From Blasia pusilla (Eukaryota): a stretch of DNA of 64,000 nucleotides. Both the position numbers and the translations under genes were made by a program. The DNA is taken from positions 6,882,001-6,946,000 of the forward strand of contig CM114271.1 of the NCBI GenBank assembly GCA_050084515.1, given 5' to 3'. The number at the start of each line of letters is the position of its first letter. Position 1 is the stretch's first letter. The notes below the pieces were generated by a model, which did no database searches, had not been told where the DNA came from, and worked only from the letters and a program-made list of their open reading frames with translations. Positions 25,826-48,904 of this stretch are shown here, in pieces.

Positions 25826-26299
25826 TTTCCAACAGACAGTCGGTTGCTAGCTTCTCCGGGTCGGCACCGATTGAGATATACTTTCCTCACTCTTACCCTT
25901 TGAGTGAGGAAATATGATTTACGTAAGTTTCCCAAGAAAGTACTTGAGTAATCGGTAATTCGAGGAAAAAGGCTCGGCCCTCGGATTCTACCTAGGCCCG
26001 AGGAATCGAGGTAATGTTTTCTATGGTAATTGAGTCGAAAACTTTAACTTTCCGTGTGAGTTGGAAAAAAGGCGTGCGCACATGTGGATGGATACTTGAA
26101 GGCAATAGTTGGAGTGTAAAGAGTGTGGTCCAACTGGATTCTGTGATATTGCCCTTCTGCACCCCAACAGGGTTAGATCGATTTGTGTTGAGTACATAGA
26201 AGTCCTTATCTATCCTGAGGAATCCAGTAACCTCACTTAGGATTTAGGGTTGTGTGTCGGGGCACTGCTGTGTTTCCCGTTCAGAAGAAAATTCCACGC
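25826..26299 (+). ncRNA. Candidate highly structured RNA element of unknown class
   Basis: Manual pairing gives two closed multi-hairpin domains (25826-26067 and 26072-26299), with G-U pairs favouring the + strand. There is 9-bp complementarity between 26133-26141 and 26220-26228. No expression evidence. Confidence 0.45.
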
Positions 26300-27421
26300 A
26301 TCAGGTTTCAGCTCAGGTACTAGATCCACCAGTGCCACCATCCTCTTGTTTCCCAAATTAAGAAGCCACCATGTATAGCATATTATTAATAGTATGAGTA
26401 CATTTATCTATGCTGTAATACGACAAGGGGAAGGGAATAGAAATTACATCAACGACCTTACTAGTATAACTAAGTCCACAGATGGTACGCATTCAGAGAT
26501 GGTACCGATTCCATCATTATGTGCACTACAGAAAATATCCATCATCATTAGTTTTCGTACTTCCTCATGTATGGTTTGATCATTCCTCCTCATGAGGCAT
26601 TTGGATAAAAAAGCAATCTTGCATGGTTTACAACTATGAATTGCGGCTAATTTCTCATGACAGCACATTCTGTAGATGATAGATAGTAGAATAGTTTCCT
26701 TCACACTAGAAAGGCACCACGATAGAAGAATACAAATCGCATTAGGTGCCAGACGCCAAGAGGCTTGTCCTTAATATTGGAGTTATTAAGGAATATAGTC
26801 TTGGCACAATCTTGCTTGTGCATCCCGCCAAGAGGATTTAGTCTACTATCAGCGACAAACTTTGTATCCAGGAAGATAGTAGTGGCACAAACTTGCGTCT
26901 ACATCACTGCTACCCTGGGGATGAAGGATTATGGACCCTATGTTACATTAAAAAAACTAGACGCTGCAAAAGAAGGATTATGGACCATATGATACATCCA
27001 AGCAGCTAGAGAAAATACTTAGGATACTAGCAAGAAGCTACCAGAACCCCATGAAAAATGCATCCCTGAAGTGAAGTGATCCTCTAGAACCTCTGGAGCA
27101 TGTGGGCCAATTATACAATGTTGCAACATGCAATTCCATCCGTGCTTCTTTGTCATCAGCGATATCCGCGCCAGGAGGTTTGACGTCATTAATGTGCGAG
27201 ATAGCTCAACTAGACTCCAGTTTGAACAGAGTCACTTCCATGAAGAATTTCAAGGCACTGTAATGTAAAAACTCATTACAGTGGAGAGCAGTTTTGGAAC
27301 TAGCCTACCAGAGGTCTGATTCTAAGCACCCAAAATTTGAAATGAAGCCAAAGACACTTCTGACAGCGAAGCTAGTCCGCACAATAAAACCTTTCTTTCT
27401 GGTCTCCAATTAATCGCTAAT

Positions 27422-38419
<10,998 letters not shown>

Positions 38420-41400
38420 ATGAATTGCTCACAGGTTGTAAGGAGAGAGTTCAGAATCTCTTGTCTGCATGGAAGCATGCAGTTGAAACTGTGAGAACTA
38501 AAGATAATACTCTTGAATTGTAGATGTGTTCACACATACAGAGTTAGTACAATGATTACAGAACAGTGTTCCTAAGGTCCATAGATGGTTGTAGTCCTTC
38601 CACTTCTGCCTGTCTTCGACAAACACCACAACGCAGCTAGAAGTCAAAGACCTCTAACACCCATTTTGAGAGAATTCTTCAGCCTTTTGTGTCAAGGTCG
38701 CTCTGCACAGATTCTTTTCTTCTCGGGAACAGTGTTGTTAATAGACACTATTCTCTGCTAAGAAAGTTCCTGATTACAAAGGTATTCAGTACCAAACTCA
38801 TGCGTCACGTGTACGGATCTAATTGACCTGGCTTGCTTCAGGAAGTATTCTTATTCTAGAATGCTCCATTTCCTTTGGAAGAATACTCACTGCAGGAGAA
38901 AATGTACATAATCAGAGACCTACTTCCTAGAAAATGTTACTATGTTGATCTTTTAAACTATCACAGGTCATGTGAGCGTTTGAGTGGAGATCACTGACTA
39001 CCTCATTGCACGTGACAGTCCAGACATCTTCAACTCCGCAAGGAACTAAAACTTGCATCCTTAAGTCAGCGTATTTCACAATTTTCCAACAATAAACCCT
39101 GTCCATACGCTCTGGGAGGTTCCGATTACGTATAAAGGACCTTAAAAGGCAAAGTAGTTACCAGGAAGTCACTCAGCAGTTTTTACTTCGTATTGGTTAT
39201 CCAATAGGAAATTGAAGCTGGTAATCTTCCATCAACTGGAACCAAAAAGCTCTAATTAACTCTAGAGAAACCATCTGTACCTGACCCTTAACATTGCTGC
39301 TGCAACTTCTATCGCTAATTGTGAATGTCAAATGCATTCGACCACCTTCATCGGTCCATCATACAAACAGACACCAATACGCGTACAACGGGACGCTTGA
39401 TTCTTACGATATATTGATGCACTTGACAACATGGCATATGATCATGGCATTCACGAGGACTTCATGGCTCTAGCTTAGTAAGCCGATGCACAATATCACT
39501 AGTGCGGCCCTAAGTGAGGTATACGGTCTCTTCGCAGATCACCTCACGGTAAGAGGGTGTCTACAGCCAACAGTAGTCGATAAAACCCGGATCGGACATG
39601 TAGGATGAACTGACACCTTTTGCAACATCGAAAGCCAAACATAGTATAATTGGAGCCGTCAGGTGAAACCAGAGTCCATCGGGATTGCTAGGTACAAAGA
39701 AATAAACATACGCACGCGGCCACTTGTTGACAAGGGATCTGGAGCTATTTTGAGCATGTCAAGGGACGGGGATGGTTACAATTATAACATGGCTGAGGCT
39801 GTGAGTGATCCACTGAGATCACGCAAAATTCCAACTCGCTCACGTGAACCTCAGGTACAACAATACAAGTGAGAAAACGAGCACTTACACCCCACCGGTG
39901 ATGCCCCTTCCAACTATCCTTGAGCCGCTCTAAGCGAGTGTAACCACAGCATCGGGCAACGACTGAGGCAGCGAGGCAAGGCGAGGATGAAAATACGAAA
40001 ACGATCTCGGGAGAGATAGACACTACGTATTACGCAGCACCTGTCGTGGTCTTGAGTCTTGGTTGGACGGTGCCGTGGGAGAGAAGGAGGAGCAACTTAA
40101 AGACGGCAACAAAAAATTGATTGAGTAAGGAGCTGTTTACTTGCCTTGCAGAAACACGAGTTGGCCGGCTGTCAAGTCTACGGGAATGTGGCACGCTTAA
40201 GGGATGAGGCAGAACAGCTTCAGGGGAGACGTTGCACGTGGCAACGCTATCGAGCTTGAATCGTGGATACTGGTAATAGCTCCACCAAGGAAGTCAAGCT
40301 AGACCAGGTCCTTGCTTGTGCATCTCAGGTAGCGGGCGGGCAGTAAAGGTCGAAATGTTCGCTCTTCCCTTTACGCCTGCACTCTACAAAACAAAACAGA
40401 ATGAGTCTCCGTTCGAAACTTTAAACGTCCCATACACCGGTGGCGTCAACAGTCTCCATGTAGCACCGCGTTCTTGTGCTAAAGCGGGATGTGAATCATG
40501 AGGGTCCGAGCCCTACTCCTACGCATGTGGCTCCCACCGTCCTCGATTTATCCACCCCCTCACAGATCCCGTGAACTTCGCACCTTGGCACTATTCGGTG
40601 CTCTACCGACGCAGTACTGATGCCGTTGTTACGATGTTTGTCACCCGTAACTATTCTTGGAACACTTTTTCACGTCCGCTGTCCAGATGGCCAACTGCAC
40701 TTCGTCAACATGAGATCCCCGGCAACAAGTATATACACCTCCCCCGTACGAACTGTGAAGGCGTCCGATCTTCCCATCCATCCCCTTCTCTAAAAGCGAT
40801 TAGGAATCACCGACGGTCGTCCAACAGCAAACAAAATAGCCGACATCGCATTGACAACAACGCTGGAGCTCGAGCTACTGCGGGAAGAAACGCCGCAGTC
40901 AGCGATCCATCACCATATCTACACTCGTATCCACGACCGTGGATCGAAGACGATCCAAGCGTCGCGGCGACGTCCGTGAGTACGTGTCGCTGTTGTTCAG
41001 TTCAGTCCACACGAAACTCGCCACCCACATCGCCAATTACCCCACACTTGTCCTTTGGCCATTAGTTTCGCGATTCGCGCATCCGCCATCTGCTACGGGC
41101 CTCTTCTTTTACATACCGCGCGAGGCTTCTTCGTCTGGGGCCACCATTCCCGACCCGGAACGGCAGCGTCGCTAAGATTCGCCATCTTCTCGCGTCCTGC
41201 GGGATACCGCTGTTTTAGGGGAGATAAAATGTGTTCTACTTGAGATTCAGAGGCGACTCTTCCAGCTGAGGATGCCGCTACTTTGGACGGGATTCTTCCA
41301 AGACTTGAGCACTGTGAGGGCCGGTTCTTGGGCGTCGTGAGGGATACTTGAATCTTTGAGTCCCCTCTTTTGTTTTTTCATGGGTTTTGCATATTTGTCC

Positions 41401-41519
41401 AGGTTTATAATTTTATAATTTTTACTCTTGGAAGGATGTTTTCAATTGTACACTTCCTTAATAGCCCCTAAGTTGTGTCGTCCTAGTTTCACCACATTCA
41501 TGCTCCGCCCCTGGCTATG

Positions 41520-44450
41520 GCCCCTCCTCCAAGCATTTGAGAAATGTGCTACTCTTCACGAGTAGTGACGATAGAAATGTCAGGAGTTGTGGATTGTTAC
41601 AAAACACTCTGCGTCCCTTTGAGAGGGGTGGGAGAGAAAGTAGCCAGTGAACACGTGTGAAGGACACATGGATGGCCTAGCTAGATGGAGAGGAAAAAAA
41701 TGGGGAGTCTATGTAGGGGCCGTAATCAGTAAGCATGGCTTCACTTGCAAACCCAAGGTATCATTTGGAATCCTTTCTTTGGAATTAGTCGGGAGTGGAT
41801 AGCCTACCTCTCCTGAGAGCCTATGCCAATTTCATTACTATCGATGGCATCCTCTCATGCAATGGAAAAGGATGAACCAGTCTTGACAATGCTCAATCTC
41901 AAGCCAAACACACATGCGTTAACATATTTATGATATTTTACTGCCTTATAAAACACACGATTAAAATATTGGAAGTAGTACAAACGTGTTGGTCACAACA
42001 CCTTCAAATGAAAAAAAAATAATGATAGGGATGATTGTCAAATGTTATCTTATGGGAAATCAACACTAGTTTTGGAAAGAAACTAAATGCATGTAAATGG
42101 ATTTTGTCGCGACCCTCATGACCAAATAAGTGCCAAGCGGAACATCGGAACATTAGCGGGCTCACGCTAAGATGGTTTGCGCGTTGGAATTGTCTCAAAG
42201 AGGAGACAAGAGACGAGACGCGAGCGAGGAGTCGCGTTTCAGGTATTATGGTCGCGACTGAGAAACCTGGACCAAACGCGGAATGAGACTTGAAAGAAGT
42301 CGAGTCTAGGAAGTGGGTTGCCAAAGGAAAGATCCGGATTTGGAACGCCACTAGCGTTTGAGAGTTTCCGACTGTATTTATGGCCATAACTTTTAGCGCC
42401 AAGATGGGTTTGTAACGAATAAGGATGCGTTGGAAAGCTTATAGAGAGCCGGTCCAAACGCACCAAAGATCGCTGCAAACGCATAAGCAGCGGCCGAGAT
42501 ACAACCCGAAAACGACTCGGGTTCCGAACTGAGATAAATGGAGTCGGGTTGAGGGCCACAATGAAGGGCCCGACCCTCTTTTCCCAAAGGGGAGGGGTTA
42601 TTGGAGAACCCCATAAGTACTAGTAAGGGGGAAGGTCTCCGAGAGTGCTTGGAACCCAAACCCCACTTTGGGCGCCGCGGGGCGGCTCAAGGGCATGGAA
42701 CGGAACGCGAGTTTGGGCGTTGGGTTGGAAAACCTACACCAAGTCCATTGAGGCGATTTTAGACATCCCTCTTGGATTTCACGCCGCGACTCAATTACTT
42801 GGGTCTCGGTTCGGAACTCACCCGAGGACCGTTGAACATTTGGGATCGCTAGGCGCGCAAGGGCCGTTTCAGATCCCTGGACTAACCAGGAAGTCTGTTC
42901 CAAGTCTTGAAGGACTTGCCATGTTTTTGGAAGCTAGGAACTAAGGAAGGTTGAGCTTGATGAGACGCCGAGTTGAGGACTCGGTGGGTTGGAACGCCGG
43001 TTGGCCCAAACCCGACTAACGAGAGTGCGTGTTTGGGTGCAGATCGGCGACGAGTTCGTGACCTACTGAACGCATGCTTCCGCAATACTAAAGATTGACG
43101 TTCAAGGAGAGTAGGGGCGTGACAGATTTAGTCTTTTCATCACACTTTCCATGATGAATCATAACATATCTACATACCCTCAATTAAGGATGTGTGAAAC
43201 TTCTATTTGACACAAAAAAACCACAACATTAGAATTAGATCCTTGAAAAATCAGAATTACATTTCCATAACTACCTTTTAATCTAATCTAAAGAATAATC
43301 AGCGTGAGTTCACAAACTTGGACATGGATGGCCTAATTAAGTTTTTCTCTCCACTTGTGAGTGTTATAGAGAACTTTTATTAAGAAATTTCTTTCAAATA
43401 CTATGGAGACAAATTGGAGCTCAGAGCTCCACGTCCACATCAAGAGTGTCGTGCGCATACACATCGCTACATAATATACATCGCTGTCACCAAACATACA
43501 CGGTCCCATGCTAAGATACAATGGTAGTGCACCTCTACATGCTCTCTTAAAGGTTTTTAGCAAGTTTAATGCTACTAGTATTATTTGCATATATTACACA
43601 AGGTCCTAAGTTACTATGCTCATATATGCACACAATACTAGTAGTATTAAGTTACCAATATAACTGTGCGTCAAATCATATAATCTTACAAGCTAAATGA
43701 TTCAATAACATGGATCCTTTCAAACATCTTACAATAGTGTTGACAAGAGAAAATACACAATATTGTATCACACATACCTCTAAAGTTCCAATAGAATCAA
43801 TTGGTCTTTATGCTCCTGGAGATATTCTCTAAGTTACTATATTTGGAAGAAAGTCTCTTTCTTTAGGACACATAGTAGAACAAGATTATTAGGTGAAGTT
43901 CAACACAGATGGTTGCCTCATTGAAATAATACATGATCAGACTATGATAGCCAAAGGAACAAGATCTAAAAGAATCTTCAAATCAAATATTTCTATGCAA
44001 GAGATGAGAGGCGCGCGCAGGGCTGGCAACTAAGCCCATGGCTAAGCCTACAAGTGAATGTGGTGCACTATAATGATGATGGATCGCGCTCTAGAAGAAA
44101 AGAGGACTCAATAAAAAACGGGTGATGGAAAATCCATCCAGAAAAAAAAACAACGAGACTCAACGAATCGAGTACGTGAAAGCCACTACCGGCTCGGATG
44201 GATGCCTTCTATATCTCTCTAAGCTAGGGGGTTTGCCCAAGGAATGGCGGTGAAGCCCGCGTGGATAAATCTCTAATAATTACGACCTCTACGACTTCCC
44301 GTCATGTTTTTTCTCATGGTCTAAACTATCCACACTAAAATTCTGTCTCCTCCCACCCTCTCAAAGGGCCGCCCACTGGTTTCGCTAGTAGCAAGGAAGC
44401 AAGCTATATCTCTACCCAGTAGTACTACTGCTCAACAAGTTTGGTCTTGG
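41520..44450. mobile_element. Degenerate non-autonomous element with long diverged terminal inverted repeats (Mutator-like)
   Basis: ~41520-41760 aligns by eye with the reverse complement of ~44225-44450, e.g. CCCTTTGAGAGGGGTGGGAG / CTCCCACCCTCTCAAAGGG. No TSD or transposase was identified. Confidence 0.45.
42105..43124. mobile_element. Solo LTR (1020 bp), gypsy-like termini
   Basis: TGTCGCGACCC...GGGGCGTGACA imperfect inverted termini, with perfect TSD GATTT (42100-42104 and 43125-43129). GC- and CpG-rich relative to its flanks. Confidence 0.9.
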
Positions 44451-47267
44451 CGGGTCGACTATGGTCGCCGTCGCAGTTTTCTGTGGACGAATTCTTGGTC
44501 TGTTCTCGCGGGAGCCGAGAGACCCATGTGCATGGTTCGGTGACGGCATGGATGATGATCTGTGTGCCCGCTATGTTCGCGACTCAGAGTGACAACATGG
44601 GTTGGTTTAGTTGAAAAGTGTACTACTCTTTTCATGACGTAACAGCTCTTCGAATCTGCATGGGAGGTGACGTGGAACCAAACGTATGGTCCTCAGAACT
44701 GCCCTAAATTGTCGACTATGTGCCCCACAAGTACGTGGAGTTCGCAACGTGTCAGTCTTCATGCGCTCCGCGATAACACGTGGAGGGATGGTGGTAATCC
44801 TCACATGGACACGGTACGAAGGGCGGTTTACAATTAGTATTTCACCTAATTGTATGTACAAAATAGGTGGTATCGTAGCTCATGATGAACGAAATGAATG
44901 AACCAACCAACCAACCCACGTCTTTTTAATTTTTTAATGTTTATCTCTTACTACGTGAAGTTGTGAAAGTTTTTTTAAAATTTTCCAATCTTCTTAAATG
45001 TTTCTAAGTCTTTCTCATGTTCTTTATATTTTAATTTAGAAATTAAATTTATTTTCAAATTTAGGAAAATAATAATAAATTTTTTCTTGCATTTTAAAGG
45101 TAAACGAAAATAATATTTCCAAAAAGAGAGAATGGTGGGACAAATTTTAATTTTCATAATCATTAAATAAATGTAAAATTTAAATTACTTTTTGTTTCCA
45201 AGCTTTCTTGGCAAGGAAATTTAGATTGTATTTTGGAACATAAAAATATTTAAATCAAAAGAGGCGGGTTGGAAAAGGAAAAAAAAATATCACTTCTTTT
45301 TCCCCAAATGAACAAGAGAAAAGATCTAGATATGATTTTTCTTTCAAAGCATAGGTAGAATTTCATTTTCGTTAATATGCAACTAAAACTCTCTCTTTTT
45401 CTGTTTATGTCAATTTTTTGGAAGTTCAACTCTAGAATTTGAACATGTGTCCAATAGCTCACATTATCATTCTCCTTATGCCAAGTCTCTTCATTTCCAT
45501 CCATAAAACCGAATGCATTGCATGGGCACAAAATTTCTAGTTGGGATTATCCATGTACTCATCCATGTAATCTTCGAATGTCAACTCCGGCATAATACAT
45601 TTCAAAGATATTGAAAATGTGTTCTATGTCAATCTTGTGATTGTTTAGGAGGCATAGAATTAAATGGTCTTGTTGAGATATCTTGATGGAAGGAGGACCC
45701 AAAAATCACTAATTCTTGAAAATTTTGGGACAATATTTCCAATAACAGAAAATTTATGTGAAAAAAATAAATTCCAATGGACATTTTGAATTACTTCATT
45801 TTGTAGAATTTTTTATTAATTAACCTGGACATTTCGTAAATTTTCAAATTTGCAATAAAAATGGAAACTTCAATGCTATTAAGGAATACAAAATTTTGGA
45901 TTTTTTGCAATTGCTTTGTGGCTACTATGCGAGTCCTAGTCGCGAGAGAGTTGCAAATTTGAGACTATTTTTTCAGTACTTCACATATGTCATTCCGGAA
46001 ATTGTGATTGTCGTGCAATTATGTTGCTAGTGAAATAAAATGGTACTCCACAAGTGCAGTATATGTAGTCGCAAAGTGTGGCTTGGGACTTTGCAATCAT
46101 GCAAGTGTCTTGTGCCTACAATGCGGCTATTTCCCGACTCTAGAGCGGCAACTGTTCGACTCCATGCACTCCTAATTGCTTCAAATGTAGTAGTGCTTCG
46201 TTCCCCCTTCCGCGCTTGTAAATCATTTCCATAGCAAATCTTACTACATACTCTTGCAAATTATCTTGCCAAAGAATCATATAACAAATATACTTCCCAT
46301 TTTTTCAGATAATAAATCATCCCATACCTCTTCTTATTACGAAGTTATGAGCTAGCTAATTATTCTCCAAATTCGATGATTTCAGTAGACCCATCGACCT
46401 CCTCAATTGGTTCGGCACCGCCTCTGATCTCTTCTGCAAAGTTTGAAGTATCCGTCAAAACTTGAAATCAGATCCTCCTTTGTGGTCATGCTATCTAGTT
46501 AGTATGGTGAGTGAGCATCGTAGCCATTATTGGGTGTGCTGTAGATCAAGGACGACGGTATACTCTTCTAAAATCACGTCAAAGATCAAGGGAGGATAGC
46601 TAAACAAAACTTTTAGTTGGTCGAAGACTTTATCCACACTCCTTGAACTATTAGAAAATTCTCATCTTGTTGTGAATAGCAAAGTCTCTCACGCCCAGGC
46701 TAGCAAGAATCAAGAAAGTAAGCCATGATCGTAGATCCAAGAAGGAAGGACATTGGTGTAACCCCCGGAACTCAAAACCTAGACAAGCTAGTAACAAGAC
46801 TAGGAAAGGCGGCCAAGGCAAGGGTGAGAAGCAAGGAACATGTGAGTTGTCAAGATAGGCTAGATGCCACAAGACAAGTCTAGTTACAAGCCCGATTACA
46901 ATTCTCTTAGCGCCCAACATTTGTGGATCTTAGTTCGGCTTGACGTTTGGTCTTGCTCTTGTGTCTTAAGTCTGTAACTTATGTCTCAATGATGAGACTT
47001 CGAAATGCTTCCATCATAGTGTGAGCCTACTAAAGTTTTGATCATATGCATGTATGATTATAAGGATCGCAACAGTACAAGCAATTTATTTTGGAATCAC
47101 TCTAAGTCTTCCATTTGCAAAGCTCAAATTACACACCTTGATTGAACACAGAATATTCGCACAATGCATCTAGATGGACTACATGTCAAGCCTAAAAGAT
47201 CAAGGATAACTTGCGGAGGAGTAGGATAGCTTGTGAGTGCAAACTCCTTTTATGGATTCATTCCTCA

Positions 47268-48115
47268 TTTTGAACTTCCTTATATGAGGTGGAATCACTA
47301 TGATAAAGCTTTCCTTGTGTTTTGAACTTCCTTATATGAGATGGAATCACTATGATAAAGCTTTCCTTGTGTTCCAAAATTTATCATCCATTTGACACGC
47401 ACATGAGAGATAGACTATGTTCATAAAGTAATGCATACTGTAGACTTGCAACCATAGACCACGCACATGAGAGATAGAGTATATTCATAAAGTAGTGCAT
47501 ATTGTAGCCTTGCAACCATAGACCCCGCACCTTGGGTGGAAAATGCTCAATGCTAAGATGGTTGTAGAATTATGAAGAAGTGATGAAGGTATCATATGAG
47601 AGGATGAAAACACTCTCATGTAGTGTGAGTGTTGACCAACCAACGTGATCTACGAGCTTCCAAGTGTCAACCAAGAAGCTCTTCACCACACCATCTACAT
47701 TACTTGAGTGGGATTCCCAATAAACATTACTTGCCAATGCAACAACTTTGGGCAATGAATCTAAGTATGAGAGAGACAGACAGAACTCATTAAGTAGTGC
47801 ATGTCATAGTTTTGTGACCATAGACAGTTCTTCAGACTGGGATGGATGTAGAGAGAGGAAGAAGTGAACAAGGTAAAACATGAGAGTAGGGAGACACTCT
47901 CATATAGTGTTAGTGCGGAGTTTCCAAGTGTCAACCAAGACACTCTTCATGACTCCATCTACTTTACCTGATTGGGATCCCCAACAGACATTACTTACTA
48001 ATGCAACAACTTTGGGCAATGAATCAAGTCTACTGAAGACTGCTCATTAGTCTTGCGACATAGACTCCGTGCCCTGGTTGGACGGTGCATGAGCTTTGGG
48101 CAATGAATCAAGGCT
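47268..48115. repeat. Series of short tandem duplications, probably decayed transposon sequence
   Basis: ~52-bp unit x2 (47268-47372, one mismatch); ~64-bp unit x2 (47395-47525); diverged ~190-bp repeat (~47570-47760 vs 47855-48025); TTTGGGCAATGAATC x3. Confidence 0.75.
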
Positions 48116-48125
48116 ATAGTATGAA

Positions 48126-48151
48126 TGTGTGTGTGTGTGTATGTGTGTGTG
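48126..48151. repeat. (TG)n microsatellite, interrupted once
   Basis: TGTGTGTGTGTGTGTATGTGTGTGTG. Confidence 0.9.
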
Positions 48152-48904
48152 CAGCAATGCAAGCAAAACCACTTGGACATTTTCATAGGAGATTGAGTTT
48201 GAGAGCAGAGCTACCATCAAAGGGCTTTCAAGAGCACAAATGAGCACTCTCTTTTCTGTAGTTCTTTAGGATCAACTTTTGTGAAGAAGAACAACACCAC
48301 CCCTCCTGGTAGCTTCAACCCATTAGGTAGACTATGGCTTTAAAGCGAGTCTTTTTAAAGCCCAAAGCCACATACAATTAGGCCACATGGAGATCAAAAT
48401 CGAGCTAAGTTCCTACAATGAATGCATTTGATGAGAAATTGAAGATGAAATCCGTCACCGCAGTGAGATTCCGATTATACACATGTATCAAAGAAGTCAA
48501 TCACTCATGGGACATGGAAATGAAGAAGTTTCAAAGCCACGACTTGTAGAGAGAAATGGGATCACCATGTGAGACACATCAGGTTGAAGTATGAGTGTCC
48601 AATCTCAAACCTTGCTCCCAGAAAAAATCGAGACCATGCTTGTTTCAGCTTTAGATCACCAGCCAATAATGGATGTAAGCATCATTTAATGAAGCAATAC
48701 AGAGATATACACATTGACTCATGTCCTGGGATTTGCTTTTACCCAAAAGAATTTGCAGAAACTGCTAATTCCGGGTGGAGAATGTCCTGACTAATTCAGC
48801 AACATACAATTATCAACATTACAATGTGCCACCATAGGAACCAAAATTTCCCACAGGATGTAAGACTAACTAATTCAAAGGCCAGAATGATCATAACTCA
48901 CTCT

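Noticed and set aside
25635-26067. Telomerase RNA gene: CTAAACCCT at 25728-25736 matches the plant template, a TATA-like motif lies at ~25637 and a structured region follows
   Set aside because: No USE (TCCCACA-like) at Pol III spacing, no G-rich 5' / C-rich 3' closing stem and no pseudoknot right after the template. A 9-mer telo-box is common by chance. A covariance-model search would settle it.
25955-26112. Group I intron core (AAUUCGAGGAAA, GUAAUUGAGUC and GAAGGCAAUAGUU resemble the P, Q and S elements)
   Set aside because: There is no room for P6, no P3 pairing was found, and the G-C pair of the G-binding site is absent.
41317-41513. Small MITE with AGGGCCGG / CCGCCCCTG ends
   Set aside because: The termini match poorly and no TSD was found.
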